This document shows, one piece after another, positions 25,801 to 37,600 of a DNA stretch of 64,000 bases; positions within the stretch are counted from its first letter, which is position 1, and the number at the start of each line of letters is the position of its first letter. Position numbers and translations under genes: made by a program. The stretch comes from a virus: positions 1 to 64,000 of the IMG/VR virus record IMGVR_UViG_3300019458_000033. One strand, 5' to 3'. The notes below the pieces were generated by a model. The model had not been told where the DNA came from. It was given only the letters and a program-made list of their open reading frames with translations, and did not search any database.

Positions 25801-28800
25801 ATGCGAAGAATTATCCTGCTGGCTTTGCTGTGCGCTGCTCCCTTGGCGGCCCAGGGAACGATCTCGTCTTTGCAGTGCCTTAAGCGCGACCGTGCCGTGA
25901 TGATGCGCTGGATCGTGACGCCGGCGCTCAGCAACGACGCCGTGCGGTGCGCCTACGACTACGACACCGTCTCGCTTGACCGCCGCACCCGTCAGATGAG
26001 CGCGTTTTCCGCCAACAGCGGCAGGCGCTCATGCGTCATGTATGACCTAACCCCAGACGATGACGTTTACCTCGGGCCGCAGGTGTCTGATTCCAGCAAA
26101 ACGTTGTGGTCACCGTTCCCAATCTGTTCCGGAGCCTGCACGAATTGTGACAGCAGCGATGATTTATTCTTCCTTTTCGGCGGTAGCGGGTGTGACTGTG
26201 GCGGCGTCGGAGAGTACCCAAAGGTTCACACGGACGCCGAAGACTCCGACCCCACCCCAGATCCGCCGACCACGAACGCGGCAGTCATCCCGCCAGTAGT
26301 CACCGGGCAGACATTCACCGTAGCTTCCGATTGCAGCGACTTCGAGGATCGCAAAAACGATGCTGAGGCCGATGCGGCTTCCGCGCCGAACAGGGTGAGC
26401 GAGTTGCTCGTTCCACCGCAAGGTCCTAACGGCGACGTAGAGTGTGCCCTCAACAAGGCCACGACGTTTCAGCTTGAGCCGATCGCCAATAACGGCAAGG
26501 TGTACATGCACGCGAACGTGGACCCGAAACTGGTGCCGCCTCCTGGAGCGCAAATTGATAAGACCTATCTGCCGTTCCTAGCCGCCTTTACATGGACCGC
26601 CGGAGGGCTACAGGATGCGGACGGCTACAGCCCGTTTTTCGAGGCGCAGGCCAACGCTCGCGGCTACTACATCCGGCACATCGAGGTCCGGCCACCAAAG
26701 TGGCAAACCCATACGCCGATCGTGCTCACCGTAACCGGCGTCAACCAATCGACCGATGTCATCACGGCGAGCGCGACGATTCCCTCGACGATCTCCAACG
26801 GCATGACGGTGATTTCTGACTTGGGATCGACCGGCATTCGCGGCGGGCAAGGCATTTTCAACATCTGCGCGATTTCCGGGGCCACGTTCAAGCTCTCGGT
26901 TGGCATGAGCACGACGACCAACAGCAGCTCGTGCGGCACGGTTGCTGACTTGGTCGGGACGTATGGCTCGGGGGGAACGGTCCAGCGCGTGGTCGCTCTG
27001 CCAATCACGGGCCACGGTGAATCGGGAGGGTTCCACACCGTCACGGTCACCGGGCACAAGCTCCCCACCTATCTTTCGATGGCGATTACGGCCGGTTCTG
27101 GGACCACGATTACCGTTTCTGGAACGCCTGGCGAATACCAAATCGGGAACAGCGCATTTGTTACCCGCAACGCGAGGGCGGTCATCGTCGAAGGAACCGG
27201 CGTGGGCTCCTGCAACGGCCTTTGGCAGGCGACGGTCTCTGGTTCTGTCATCACACTGACTCGCACAGGCAGCACGGCGAACTGCAACACCGTGTCCAGC
27301 GGGACCGTGCGCGGGATCAGGGCTATCTCAATTTTTAAGACGAACAGCGACACCATCGGCGACCACGAGCCACAGTCGCACAACTACGCAGCGCTCGATG
27401 CGAACACACTTCAATTACTTGAGGTTCCCGCGCAGCCTGGAGTCACTGGCGGCTATCTGTTTTGGGACCTGGAGATGTCAGGGCGGCTGATCAACGCGAA
27501 TGCCGCGCCTGACTCAGCGCCTCTGCGGGATGTCACCTTCGACCAAATCGTCGTGAACTGGTGCATGCCATACCGTTCCAGTATCTACAGCATTTTCAAC
27601 AGCGTGGACGTGGCAATCGTCAACTCACACCAGGACATCTGCTCCTACATCCGCGAGAATCCGGTGTCGGCCAGCAGCGATGGCATCCAGGAAAAAGTGT
27701 GGCCGGGAGACGGCGGCTGGTACATTGACCCGCGAGACACCGATGGTCTCGTGATAAAGAACAACTACCTGAGCGACACATTTCTATTTAATGACGATTC
27801 TACAGGCGGCAACCGAACACAGGTCGAAGACTTCACCTTCTCGCAAAACGCTATCTGGAAGCAGGATTGGAAAATCAAATCGACCGCGCTATTCCGAAGG
27901 CATTTCTTTCGGCAAGGCTTCTTTGTCGAGCAAAAGTCGGCCGGTCCGAGAATGCTGATGCGCGGCAACTATTTCAAGGGCTGGCTCTCTGATTTCCAGC
28001 AGACTGCTGCCGCTGTCGCCCTGTCAGCCAACGGCTCACAAAGCGCTGTGCCCAACGGCGCAGCGCACTGGAACATCGAGTACAACGTATTCGATCGCGG
28101 CGGCACGCTGTTCGCTTTCACGCAGGCCAACGACGGTACGTATGGTGCCCAAAAGTTATTCAATATCCACGAGAAATTCCGCATCGCCCACAATCTCGGC
28201 GTGCGTATTGACGTTCCCAAGTACAAAAGCGGGCAGGCCGGAGCCTCTACTGGAGGGTTTCTGATTGCGTCCCATGGATATCGGGATTTTGTAGTCGAGA
28301 GAGATACTTGGATTCCTGAGCGTGTAAACCAGGGCAACGTATTCGCTTTCGGAACGCACCGCAATTCAGGCCTTAGGGTCCTTAACAACATTCTCGGGTT
28401 CACCGAAGGTTGGTTCAATACGTTCATCGGCATCGATGCCGGCGTGCCGATCACTGGCGGCCTGCCGGTCATGTCAGAAAACAGCGGCTATGCTGCGCTG
28501 CAGGCCTTCCATATTCGCGGGACCTCGACCGACCCGCTGACAGACGTTTCGGGTAACATCGGCATCCCGATGCTCAAGACTTCATCGTCTGGAACGTTTG
28601 CGGTCAAGGCGGCGAGCCCCAATATCGCCGATGCCCATTGCGTTGACTCTGTTTCGTCACTTGCCAAAGTACTCAATATTCCAATGACATGGGTCGGTGA
28701 CCCGAATCCCTGCCCGAGCTCTTTGGTCGAGACGGTTGCCGATCGCCTGAACAGCGTGTTCGAGCCCGGGACCTGGATGCCGAAGCCTGCATATTCAGGA

Positions 28801-29127
28801 AAGGGTGCTGACATCCAAGGCATTGCCGATGCCATGGGTCAGCCCGGCCCGGTGACAGTGACCGCCGACAATGATGAGTTCACACTGAGCTTCCACGCTC
28901 CCTCAACCACCGGCTGCTACGGCCAACGCGCCGTGTTCGATACCGACTGGGCGACGACGTGGAGCGAAGCGAACCTGGCGAACATGTCGAATTGGATTCA
29001 GGACGCCAGCGCCTCGCAGACGCAGTCGATCAATTTGCCAGGTCTTGCTGCCGGGACGCGGTATCTCTGGCGGCTGTATTGCTCGAAGGGAGCGATCGGG
29101 GATATGACGACCGAGGGGACGCCCTAA
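25801..29127 (+). CDS. large structural protein with signal peptide (tailspike/depolymerase candidate)
   Basis: N-terminus MRRIILLALLCAAPLAAQG, 1108 aa. Beta-rich repetitive middle and an FN3-like C-terminus. The function call is inference only. Confidence 0.6.
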   Translation: MRRIILLALLCAAPLAAQGTISSLQCLKRDRAVMMRWIVTPALSNDAVRCAYDYDTVSLDRRTRQMSAFSANSGRRSCVMYDLTPDDDVYLGPQVSDSSKTLWSPFPICSGACTNCDSSDDLFFLFGGSGCDCGGVGEYPKVHTDAEDSDPTPDPPTTNAAVIPPVVTGQTFTVASDCSDFEDRKNDAEADAASAPNRVSELLVPPQGPNGDVECALNKATTFQLEPIANNGKVYMHANVDPKLVPPPGAQIDKTYLPFLAAFTWTAGGLQDADGYSPFFEAQANARGYYIRHIEVRPPKWQTHTPIVLTVTGVNQSTDVITASATIPSTISNGMTVISDLGSTGIRGGQGIFNICAISGATFKLSVGMSTTTNSSSCGTVADLVGTYGSGGTVQRVVALPITGHGESGGFHTVTVTGHKLPTYLSMAITAGSGTTITVSGTPGEYQIGNSAFVTRNARAVIVEGTGVGSCNGLWQATVSGSVITLTRTGSTANCNTVSSGTVRGIRAISIFKTNSDTIGDHEPQSHNYAALDANTLQLLEVPAQPGVTGGYLFWDLEMSGRLINANAAPDSAPLRDVTFDQIVVNWCMPYRSSIYSIFNSVDVAIVNSHQDICSYIRENPVSASSDGIQEKVWPGDGGWYIDPRDTDGLVIKNNYLSDTFLFNDDSTGGNRTQVEDFTFSQNAIWKQDWKIKSTALFRRHFFRQGFFVEQKSAGPRMLMRGNYFKGWLSDFQQTAAAVALSANGSQSAVPNGAAHWNIEYNVFDRGGTLFAFTQANDGTYGAQKLFNIHEKFRIAHNLGVRIDVPKYKSGQAGASTGGFLIASHGYRDFVVERDTWIPERVNQGNVFAFGTHRNSGLRVLNNILGFTEGWFNTFIGIDAGVPITGGLPVMSENSGYAALQAFHIRGTSTDPLTDVSGNIGIPMLKTSSSGTFAVKAASPNIADAHCVDSVSSLAKVLNIPMTWVGDPNPCPSSLVETVADRLNSVFEPGTWMPKPAYSGKGADIQGIADAMGQPGPVTVTADNDEFTLSFHAPSTTGCYGQRAVFDTDWATTWSEANLANMSNWIQDASASQTQSINLPGLAAGTRYLWRLYCSKGAIGDMTTEGTP

Positions 29128-29131
29128 AGCG

Positions 29132-29150
29132 GGCCGCAAGTGGTGCGGCC
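29132..29150 (+). terminator. hairpin after the large gene
   Basis: GGCCGCA-agtgg-TGCGGCC; no U-tract. Confidence 0.25.
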
Positions 29151-29195
29151 AGAACATCAAGCAGCAGTAGTCGCATCGTTTGATTGTAATAGCCG

Positions 29196-30548
29196 ATGCC
29201 TTATTCGCACACAAGCTGGGGTGATCTCAAGGACGGTCTTGTCGATCGGCTTGGCGGCGGGGCCTTCTGGACAGACACGGCGACGTTCTCAGAGGTTGGC
29301 GGCTACCTGCGCGAGGCGATGCGGCTCTATGCCGCGCTGTCGCTGCGCTGGAAAAAGCGCGTCACATTCAACCTGACCAGTGGCGACAGGTTCTACGACC
29401 TCGCACCGCATATCGGCTTCCAGAACGTCACCAACCGCGAAGTCGCCGCCCAGGCCCTCTATCACTTGCTCGAGCCTCCTGATACCTCCACCTGGAGTTG
29501 GATCGGGACCGAGCAGTTTACCATTGCGCAAGTTGCAAATGCGATCCGCGAGATGCGCGACCAGTTTCTGCTGGAGACCGGCATCCGCCTGGTGCGCCGC
29601 GATCAGGCCGTGTCTTCTCCCAACGCCAGCGGGCGCTACGAGCTGACAACGCCGGCGATCGCCGTCCAGCGCATCACGTGGCTACCCGGGGTTGGCAACC
29701 GAGTGCACCTGTGGCGGGAAGATGAGTTCCAGGCCAACTCGCTCGCCGCTGGCTGGCACTCTTCGCAAGACGCTCCTTCAGCCTATTCGGTTGCGGTCAC
29801 CCCGCCCATCACCGTGCAACTCATCAAGCCGCCATCGGCGGCTGGCACGATGGAAATGGTCCTCATCGAGCCCGGCGCCGACATGGACCTTGCCTCGTCG
29901 ACGCCGCTGGGCATCCCCGACAACCTCGCTTGGGCAGTCAAGTGGGGAGTTGTCGCCGACCTGCTCTCCAAAGACGGTCAGGCACGCGACCACCAGCGCG
30001 CCGACTACGCCACCAACCGCTACCAGATGGGCGTGAAGCTCGCCCTACTGAACCCCTCGGTTGCGGTCGCCTACGTCAATGGCGCGCACGTCCCGGTCGT
30101 CTCGCTGCAGGAGCTTGACGCGATGGAGCCTGAGTGGGAGTCGACAACTCCCGGCCAGCCGCAAGTGCTCGCCTTGGCCGGTCACAACCTCGCGGCCTTC
30201 TGGCCAACGCCTGACGCCGACTACGGCGTCGAACTCGATGTCACCGCCGAGGCCCCCATTCCGGCGACCGATGGTGCCGACGTGCAGATCGGCCAGGAAG
30301 AGCTATCGGCGATTTCCGATATGGCTTTCCACCTTGCCTGTTTTAAGATGGGGGCGGATGAGCTTTCGGCAACCATGCAGGCTTCGGAGAACTTGTTTGC
30401 GATCGCAACCGCCCAGAACGAGCGCATTCGCGGATTCACCACCTCGCCAGAGCCACTCCACGACCGCTCGCAGCGCGAACGTAAGCGCCGCCGCTACCGC
30501 GAATCTTCCGCCGATCAGGAGTTACCGGCCGTAGTAGACAATGCCTGA
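29196..30548 (+). CDS. hypothetical structural protein (450 aa)
   Basis: ORF in track. It overlaps the next gene by 8 nt. Confidence 0.6.
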   Translation: MPYSHTSWGDLKDGLVDRLGGGAFWTDTATFSEVGGYLREAMRLYAALSLRWKKRVTFNLTSGDRFYDLAPHIGFQNVTNREVAAQALYHLLEPPDTSTWSWIGTEQFTIAQVANAIREMRDQFLLETGIRLVRRDQAVSSPNASGRYELTTPAIAVQRITWLPGVGNRVHLWREDEFQANSLAAGWHSSQDAPSAYSVAVTPPITVQLIKPPSAAGTMEMVLIEPGADMDLASSTPLGIPDNLAWAVKWGVVADLLSKDGQARDHQRADYATNRYQMGVKLALLNPSVAVAYVNGAHVPVVSLQELDAMEPEWESTTPGQPQVLALAGHNLAAFWPTPDADYGVELDVTAEAPIPATDGADVQIGQEELSAISDMAFHLACFKMGADELSATMQASENLFAIATAQNERIRGFTTSPEPLHDRSQRERKRRRYRESSADQELPAVVDNA

Positions 30549-33500
30549 GCGATACCAGCGCGTTGCGATCCCCTTCCTGGCCTCCGGCGTCCAGACGGCT
30601 ACCCCCGACGACTCGAAAAGTCCCGGCAAGTTCGCCAAGTTGTTGAACGTTCGCGCCTACCGCAAGGGAGAGATCGCGCCACGCGGCGGGCTGGTCGCTC
30701 CCTTCGGCAACAACCCCGGCGGCGGCGCGGTGCATTCGGGGCGGCAGTTTCTGGATTCAAACGGCGTCGAGGTGTGGGTGCTGGGGGTTGGCACCACGGT
30801 CAAGCGCGGCACCGGAGCGGTGGCTTGGTCCACCATCGACACCAGTTTTTCGGGCTTCCCGGTCTCGGTGCTGTTTGACCGTCCCGAAACGCAAGGCCTC
30901 GCCTACGCCTACATCTACGATCAGTCGAAGCAGGAGAAAGTCGATAGCTCGTTCAACCTGCGTAACATCGGCATCGCCCCGCCAGGCAAGTCTGCCTCGG
31001 CTGCCTACACGCTGACGCCAGCGGGCGCACCGACCGTGGCGGTGGGATCGGCCGGCGGTCCGACGGGCGTCTACCAAGTCAAGTACCGCTACCGGCATGA
31101 AGCCTCGGGGGTGACGTCGAATTACTCGGCAGAATCCGACGAGGTGACCGTCGATAACGAAGCGATCGACGTTTCCGATCTTGCCGATCGAACCGACACC
31201 AGCTACGACAAAATTGATATCTTCCTGCTCGGCGGCACGATCCAGCAATGGACCTACGTCGACACGGTCGATAAGGCCGTGGCGACCTATTCGATCACGG
31301 CCACAGACTCTGATCTTGCCGGCAACGAGACCCAGGAGACGTTTGAGCGCGACAAGCCCTGGGTGCTGACCGATTCCTCGGGAGTGGCAACGGGTGGCAA
31401 TCCCCTGGGGCGCACCTGGGGGCCGGTCTACGGGGTGATCTTTGCGATCCTCTCCGGCGCGCAGGCGCATTGGATTTGCTGGACCAACGGCAATGAGCCA
31501 GACACCCAGGATCGGGCGAACACCTTGCAAGTCTCTGGGGCCAACGAGCCGCTCATCAACGGCTGCATCTACGACAATCGCGCCTTCGCCTACTCGAACG
31601 AAACCTTCTATGTCATCTATCCGACCGTGGCCGGGCTGGCGAGTTTCGAAGCGCTGCCGACCGGCTGCAGCCGCGGGCCGGTGCATCCGTGGGCTGTCAC
31701 GGTTGGCCCGGAGATGTATTTCATCGCCCGCGACGGCATCTTTGCGACATCGGGCGGCCCCGAGCGTTCCCTCACCGAAGACCTGTACGACATGTTCCCG
31801 CACGAGGGGATTACCGCTGGCCCAACAGCGAAGAACGGCGTTGTGCCGCCCAACCTGAACGTGGTGGTCGTGGCCGACCTGCCGCGGCTGACCTACCACG
31901 ATGGGTACCTGTTTTTTGACTACAAGGGCACAGACAACAATTACTACACCTGGGTCTATGACCTCTCAACCGGCGGCTGGTTCACTGACGCCTATGCGAT
32001 CGTTTCGGACCACGTGACGCTGCACATCGCTCCTGAGGGGCAGATCCAAACCATTGGCTTTCCGCCGGTTGCCGCCAAGCGCATCTTGATCGGGACCGAG
32101 CAGGGTGGCGCGTTCAACTACGTCCGCGGATTCCGCGACAACGGCTTGACGTTTTCCTGCGCGGTGTGGCCGCCAAAGGACGATGGCGGCGATCCAACGA
32201 CGCAGAAGCTTTATGGCGATTTCATTATGGAGCTCGACCGCGACGGCCGCACGGTGACCATCCAGCCGGCATTTGACAACGACAGCAACGTCCCTGGTGC
32301 CGACTCCGAGGCGATCGCGTCGGGGTCTGGGCGTCAGCGCTACATCGTCGATTTGAACTCAGGATCAGGCCGGCTGGCCCGCAATGCCTCCCCGCGTGTG
32401 TCCTGGGATGTGGACTCAAGCGACGGCAACAAGGTCGGCCCAATCCTCTACAAGTGGCACCCGCGGCGGATGCTCAAGCCCGACGAGGTGCAGCAACGCG
32501 CCGTCGAGTGGCATGAGTTTCGCGAAGGGCTGAAGGACGCCTACGTCTGGGGCTGTGAGCTTTGGGTCGATACAGAAGGCGAAGACATCGACTTCTCGGT
32601 CTTTGCCGACCAGGCCGACACGGGCGTCAACTTCACGGCCAATGCCGATGGCGAGCAGAAGCTGCGGTTCACCTGGGTTGGCAGCGTCTTTCGTGGCTCG
32701 CTCGGCAAACTGGTGATCGATACCTTCGACGGCCCGTGGCGGCTGACCAGGCTGCTGTGGCTGGCCGATGAAGAGCCGCCGCTGACGCCCGACTTCGACT
32801 CCAACTGGCGAAAGCCGCTCGATGGGTGCGGCGTGGCCTACGTGACCGGCGTCAAGGTTCGGCTCGACACGCTGAACATTTCCAAAGCGCTGATCTTTAA
32901 GTCCGAGCACGAAGGCACGGTCTCGACTCTTACCGCGCGTGAGTCGCAAACCGCGCAGCACAACGGGCCGCGCACCAAGACGTTTACCTTCGAGCCGTTC
33001 CGCGCTTCGCAGGTGCGAGCTTACTCAACCGATGGCGTCGAGGCCCGTGTCTACGATATCTGCTGGATCGCGCACCCCGAGCCTCCGGCGCTCGCGCACG
33101 GCGATGCGCTTTATCAGGACTTTGGAAAGATCGTCATGGTCAAAGGCGTTGAGGTTTTTGCGGATTCCGCAAATCTCGCCAAAGACGCCAATATCGAACT
33201 CGATGGGTCGGTTTACACCACGATCAACATTCAGCACAACGGCCGCCAGCGCAAAGCCTATGCGATTCCGGTGGCTGGCGGCGATTCGGAGTTTCCGCGG
33301 GCGGGCTCGGCGCGGTTCATGCCCCAGGACACCGACGACCTCTACCTCTATAACGTTCGCTGGATCGTTGAGGAAGAGCCGGAATTTCTGACCCACTTCG
33401 CGCCCGTGTGGTCGAATGGCGGCCGCATCGGCGCAAAGCTCGTGCAGGGCGTCAAGGTCACTGCCGACACGCGCGGGGCCTCAAAGACATTCCTGGTCGA

Positions 33501-34035
33501 GCACGATGGCGGCGCGGCTCTTGGGCCGTTCACTATCCAGACCACGCGCAAGCAGACGGTGCCGTTCTGGTTCACCACGCCCATCATCGCCTCACAGATG
33601 CGCGTGCGCCCGACCGACTCAAACGCAGGCTTCCGCTACGAAGAGGACTGGATCTTCAACCCGGCCCCTGAGGCTGCTGCGGTATGGCGACCGCCGGTAA
33701 CCTCACATGGGTTTCCAGGCTATCATCACGTGCGCGACCTACAGGTAGCCGTCTTTGGAGCAACGGCGGCGATCGGGCTGACGCTCAATGGCGATGGCGC
33801 GGCGGTTGGCTCGCCGCTGTCGTTCACGCCGTCCTCGTCCGGCTACCACAAGGTCTACTTGGTGCCGGCGCCTAACAAGGCCAAGCAATTCGAGTATGTG
33901 TTTTCCTCAGCGAACCCGTTTCGGCTGTTCCTGCAGGACTCGGTCGTTCGCGCCAAGGGCTGGGGCGATGGCGGTCCCTACCGCGAGCTGCGGCCGTTTG
34001 GCGATGACTCGTTCACCTCGGGGGCGCGCATCTAA
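30541..34035 (+). CDS. large structural protein (1164 aa; tail tube/nozzle-like by position)
   Basis: Long uninterrupted ORF with coupled starts on both sides. It contains one perfect palindrome copy and one core copy. Confidence 0.65.
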   Translation: MPERYQRVAIPFLASGVQTATPDDSKSPGKFAKLLNVRAYRKGEIAPRGGLVAPFGNNPGGGAVHSGRQFLDSNGVEVWVLGVGTTVKRGTGAVAWSTIDTSFSGFPVSVLFDRPETQGLAYAYIYDQSKQEKVDSSFNLRNIGIAPPGKSASAAYTLTPAGAPTVAVGSAGGPTGVYQVKYRYRHEASGVTSNYSAESDEVTVDNEAIDVSDLADRTDTSYDKIDIFLLGGTIQQWTYVDTVDKAVATYSITATDSDLAGNETQETFERDKPWVLTDSSGVATGGNPLGRTWGPVYGVIFAILSGAQAHWICWTNGNEPDTQDRANTLQVSGANEPLINGCIYDNRAFAYSNETFYVIYPTVAGLASFEALPTGCSRGPVHPWAVTVGPEMYFIARDGIFATSGGPERSLTEDLYDMFPHEGITAGPTAKNGVVPPNLNVVVVADLPRLTYHDGYLFFDYKGTDNNYYTWVYDLSTGGWFTDAYAIVSDHVTLHIAPEGQIQTIGFPPVAAKRILIGTEQGGAFNYVRGFRDNGLTFSCAVWPPKDDGGDPTTQKLYGDFIMELDRDGRTVTIQPAFDNDSNVPGADSEAIASGSGRQRYIVDLNSGSGRLARNASPRVSWDVDSSDGNKVGPILYKWHPRRMLKPDEVQQRAVEWHEFREGLKDAYVWGCELWVDTEGEDIDFSVFADQADTGVNFTANADGEQKLRFTWVGSVFRGSLGKLVIDTFDGPWRLTRLLWLADEEPPLTPDFDSNWRKPLDGCGVAYVTGVKVRLDTLNISKALIFKSEHEGTVSTLTARESQTAQHNGPRTKTFTFEPFRASQVRAYSTDGVEARVYDICWIAHPEPPALAHGDALYQDFGKIVMVKGVEVFADSANLAKDANIELDGSVYTTINIQHNGRQRKAYAIPVAGGDSEFPRAGSARFMPQDTDDLYLYNVRWIVEEEPEFLTHFAPVWSNGGRIGAKLVQGVKVTADTRGASKTFLVEHDGGAALGPFTIQTTRKQTVPFWFTTPIIASQMRVRPTDSNAGFRYEEDWIFNPAPEAAAVWRPPVTSHGFPGYHHVRDLQVAVFGATAAIGLTLNGDGAAVGSPLSFTPSSSGYHKVYLVPAPNKAKQFEYVFSSANPFRLFLQDSVVRAKGWGDGGPYRELRPFGDDSFTSGARI
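32126..32136. repeat. palindrome core only (GCGGATTCCGC)
   Basis: 11-nt core without the TT/AA flanks; reads RGFRD. Confidence 0.4.
33158..33172. repeat. palindrome family copy, perfect, intragenic
   Basis: Reads FADSAN in the frame of 30541-34035. Confidence 0.9.
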
Positions 34036-34457
34036 TGGCCGGACCGGTCAACCGGATGCTATTGCCGGAGGTTTTGGACGGCGAGGGCAAACTCAATCCG
34101 CGCAAGACCCAGGACATTCTCTACCTGCTCCACAAGGCGATCCGGTTTCTTGAGAGCCGTGTTGCGGCTGGCGATAGCGGGGTCACTGTCACCGGGGCGG
34201 CCGGGATCGTCTTCATCGATATTTCGCTGACGGCTGACCACAATATCTCGGACCCAACCGTCCCCGACGACTCGGTCGTCATCTACACGTTCACGCAGGC
34301 AAACGGCGGCGGCTGGGTGGTGAATTGGACGGCATCGTTTACGACCGCGCCGCGCGTGCAATCGCTCGAAGGCTGGAAAACAACGATCATGTGGCGGTCG
34401 ATCGCGGGCGGCACGTTTGAGCCGCTGCGCGACCATGGGAGCTACGAAGGGCCATGA
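34035..34457 (+). CDS. hypothetical structural protein
   Basis: TAATG overlap with the upstream gene. Confidence 0.6.
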   Translation: MAGPVNRMLLPEVLDGEGKLNPRKTQDILYLLHKAIRFLESRVAAGDSGVTVTGAAGIVFIDISLTADHNISDPTVPDDSVVIYTFTQANGGGWVVNWTASFTTAPRVQSLEGWKTTIMWRSIAGGTFEPLRDHGSYEGP

Positions 34458-34629
34458 GATTCAAAATTCCGGCGCTGGGCGTGGCCGGGCACAGGCATAT
34501 CCCCGGCATCATATGGCAGGTGCGCACCCTGTCGTTTTGCCGGGCAGGGTGCTACCATGCTCCCGGCTGGGCGCTGGTTTACTGCAAAGAGAACTGCGTT
34601 GCGCTGATTTTTCCGCTGGGGATGAATTG

Positions 34630-37600
34630 ATGAGAAAACTACTCAGGCTCGCGCTGGTCGCGCTCGCATTTGCGAATTCCGCAAACGCTCAGAACCCGGG
34701 GACCGACGACTTCGCAAACTCGATGACCGTGTGGGGTGGGGTGCGCTTCCGCGACATCGCCGACTCGGGCGAGTCGGTCTACGTGCGCGGCCCAAAGGGC
34801 ACGGCGTCTGCGACCTACTCGATCCACTGGCCGGTCGATCCTCCGGCGGTTGGCAATGTGCTCGCGGTCGATGGGACCGACGCGCAGCAACTGGTCTGGT
34901 CGGCGGGGTCGTTCTCCTGCTCGACGGCGAATGACTGCGTCAACATCACCGGCACACAGACCGTTACGGGACTGAAGACGATCAACAACTCGCTCGACTT
35001 CACCAACGATCAGGATCTTCGATGGCAGGACGCTACCGGGACGCCGGTCATCCTCGCGACCCTGGGGACCGACAACGAGTTCCATATCGGACTGGGGTTC
35101 AACAACGTAGCAACCGGAGGCGGCACCAATATCTACGCCGGTGGCGGATCCGGCGGCGATGTCCATCTGAAGCTGCACTGGCTCGGTGCCGGGGCGGGCG
35201 TGTTCGCCCCCGAGAGCGGCCACGTGGTTGATGTTGGCACGACGACTGTGTCTGGTCTTGGGATTTTCGACCACTTCCGCGGACACGAGCTGATCCTGCA
35301 CGATCCAGGCGCCGGCCGTGGCGTCATCACCTTCTGGGACGATACCGAGACAGATTTCCTGGCGTTTGGGGCGCCGGCGACGATGGCCGCAGGGGATGTT
35401 CTGCTCGTGCTGCCGGAGGATCTGCCAGCCGTCGGCGACACGATGACGATCACTGCCGATTACGGCGCCGGGCAGTTTCAACTGAATTGGGAGCCCAGCG
35501 GCTCCTGCTCGACAGCGTCTAACTGCGTCACCCTCGACGGGGCGCAGACGATCACCGGGTTGAAAACGATCAACAACGTTCTAGATTTCACCAACAACAA
35601 GGCACTACGCTGGCAAGATTCGACGGCAACGCCGGTCACCGGAGTGATTCTCGGCTCAAACAACGAGTTTCACGTTGGCCTTGGCTTTAACAACGTGCCG
35701 ACAGGCGGCGGGTTGAACCTCTACGCGGCTGGCGGATCGAGTTCCCCGGTCCACCTCAAGCTTCACTGGCTGGGGGCCAATGCTGGGGTCTTCGCCCCCG
35801 AAAGCACGGAAACTGTCGAGCTTGGAACGACGACGGTGTCTGGCCTTGGAATCTGGCAGCGGCTCTGGACTAAGGATGTCCAGATCCGCGACCCAGGGAC
35901 TGGTCGCTCAGTGCTTGGGTTTTGGGATGACTCGAATTCTGCAACGCTGACGTTCGGCGGCCCAGCGACGATTTCAGGCGGCACGATCGCCATGGTACTT
36001 CCTGATGACTTGCCAGCCGTCGGCGACACGCTAACGGTTATTACAGACCTCGGAGCGCGGCAGTATCAACTCGCGTGGGAGCCTGGCGGCGGCGTGTGCG
36101 GCGGCAATTTCGCCTGCCTCGACGCCGAGAACATCTTCACGGGCAGCCCGCAGACCATTTCGACAACTACCGAGAACGCGCGCCTGCTGCTTGAAACCGA
36201 CTTCACTGGCGCCGCAGCCGTGCTTTCCGGGTTCATGTATTCGGGGGCATCGGCGCCGACAGGATTCGACATGGCTGGCCTATCGGCCCGCGGCTCGAAG
36301 GCTTCCCCGACGGCCGTCCAGGATCAGGACATGTTCTTCCGGCTATCGGGTGCTGGCTACGACGGCTCGACGCACGGTAACGCGGTCGAGATCCGCGGAC
36401 GGGCGCTGGGAACCTTCAGCGGGTCAAACCACGGCGGGAAGCTGACGTTTGGCACGGCTAGTCAGGGATCAACAACCGTCACCGAGCGCATGGCGATCGG
36501 CGTCGACAACTCCTGGTTGCGCGTCGGCCCGACCGTCACGCCGCTTGCGCCGACGAAACTGCTCGTAAGCGCCAGCGGCGAGACGACCCAAGCCACGCTT
36601 TATGGAGACGCCGCACAGGCGCAAGTTATTCGCGTTGAGAAAGGCGATTCGACGGCGTGGTCGCTCTACCGGCCAGGAAGCTCGAGCGAATTCCGCTTCT
36701 TCCATTCCGCGATTGGCGACCTGGTGGCGATTGAAAGTGACGGAGACTTTCGGCTGACGCGGAACAACGTCGGATTTTGGATCAACGATACGGGAGGTAC
36801 GGCGATCCGTCAGGTTTGGATGGATGGCTCGAACAACCTGAACCTTGGCCCATCGAATCAGGTAGTCCCGTCTGGTGGCGACACGATCCTATGGGCGGCT
36901 GGCACGGTAGCTAGCGGGCAAATTGGCATGTCTGTCGACTGGACAGGATCGAATAATGGCGTCTTCCATCCGATCAGCGGCGACAGCATCACCATCGGCA
37001 CCAACGGCGTCGACGCCGAACAGCCAACCGGGGTTTACACCAAAAACACGGTCCAGATCAACAGCTCTGGCGGTGGCTTCATCGCTGCGACGCTGTCGAT
37101 CGAGGATCTCTCCGATGGCGGGGCTTACACCTCGATCCGGCGAGCCTCGGGCGGCTCGACCCACACCCTGACGCTGCCGAATGCGAACGCGGCTGGGGCG
37201 TTGACCAACGACGGGGCTGGGAACCTTTCGTGGTCTATTGGTGGCGGATCGTTCACTTGCAACACGGCGTCGAACTGCTTCAACCTGACCGATGCCCAGA
37301 CGGCGGCCGGAAACAAGATTCTGACCGGGACGCTTAGTGTTCGCAACACGCTTTCGGTCCAAAGCTCCGGTGGCAGCAACAGGGCCGTCTTGCAAGAGGT
37401 ATCATCCCAGGGCCGGTTAACGCTGGTCAATGCTTCGGGGATCAGTGAAATGCTGTTCCATGCACAATCTTCGTCAAGTTCCGGCCAGAACATCCTGATC
37501 AACAATTCATCCGGCTCGGAGCGCTTCCGATCTGGCGTCATCGCCTCTGGCGGCGAGTATCAAATCAGGCTGACAGGACTGAACACGGTGCAACTCCACA

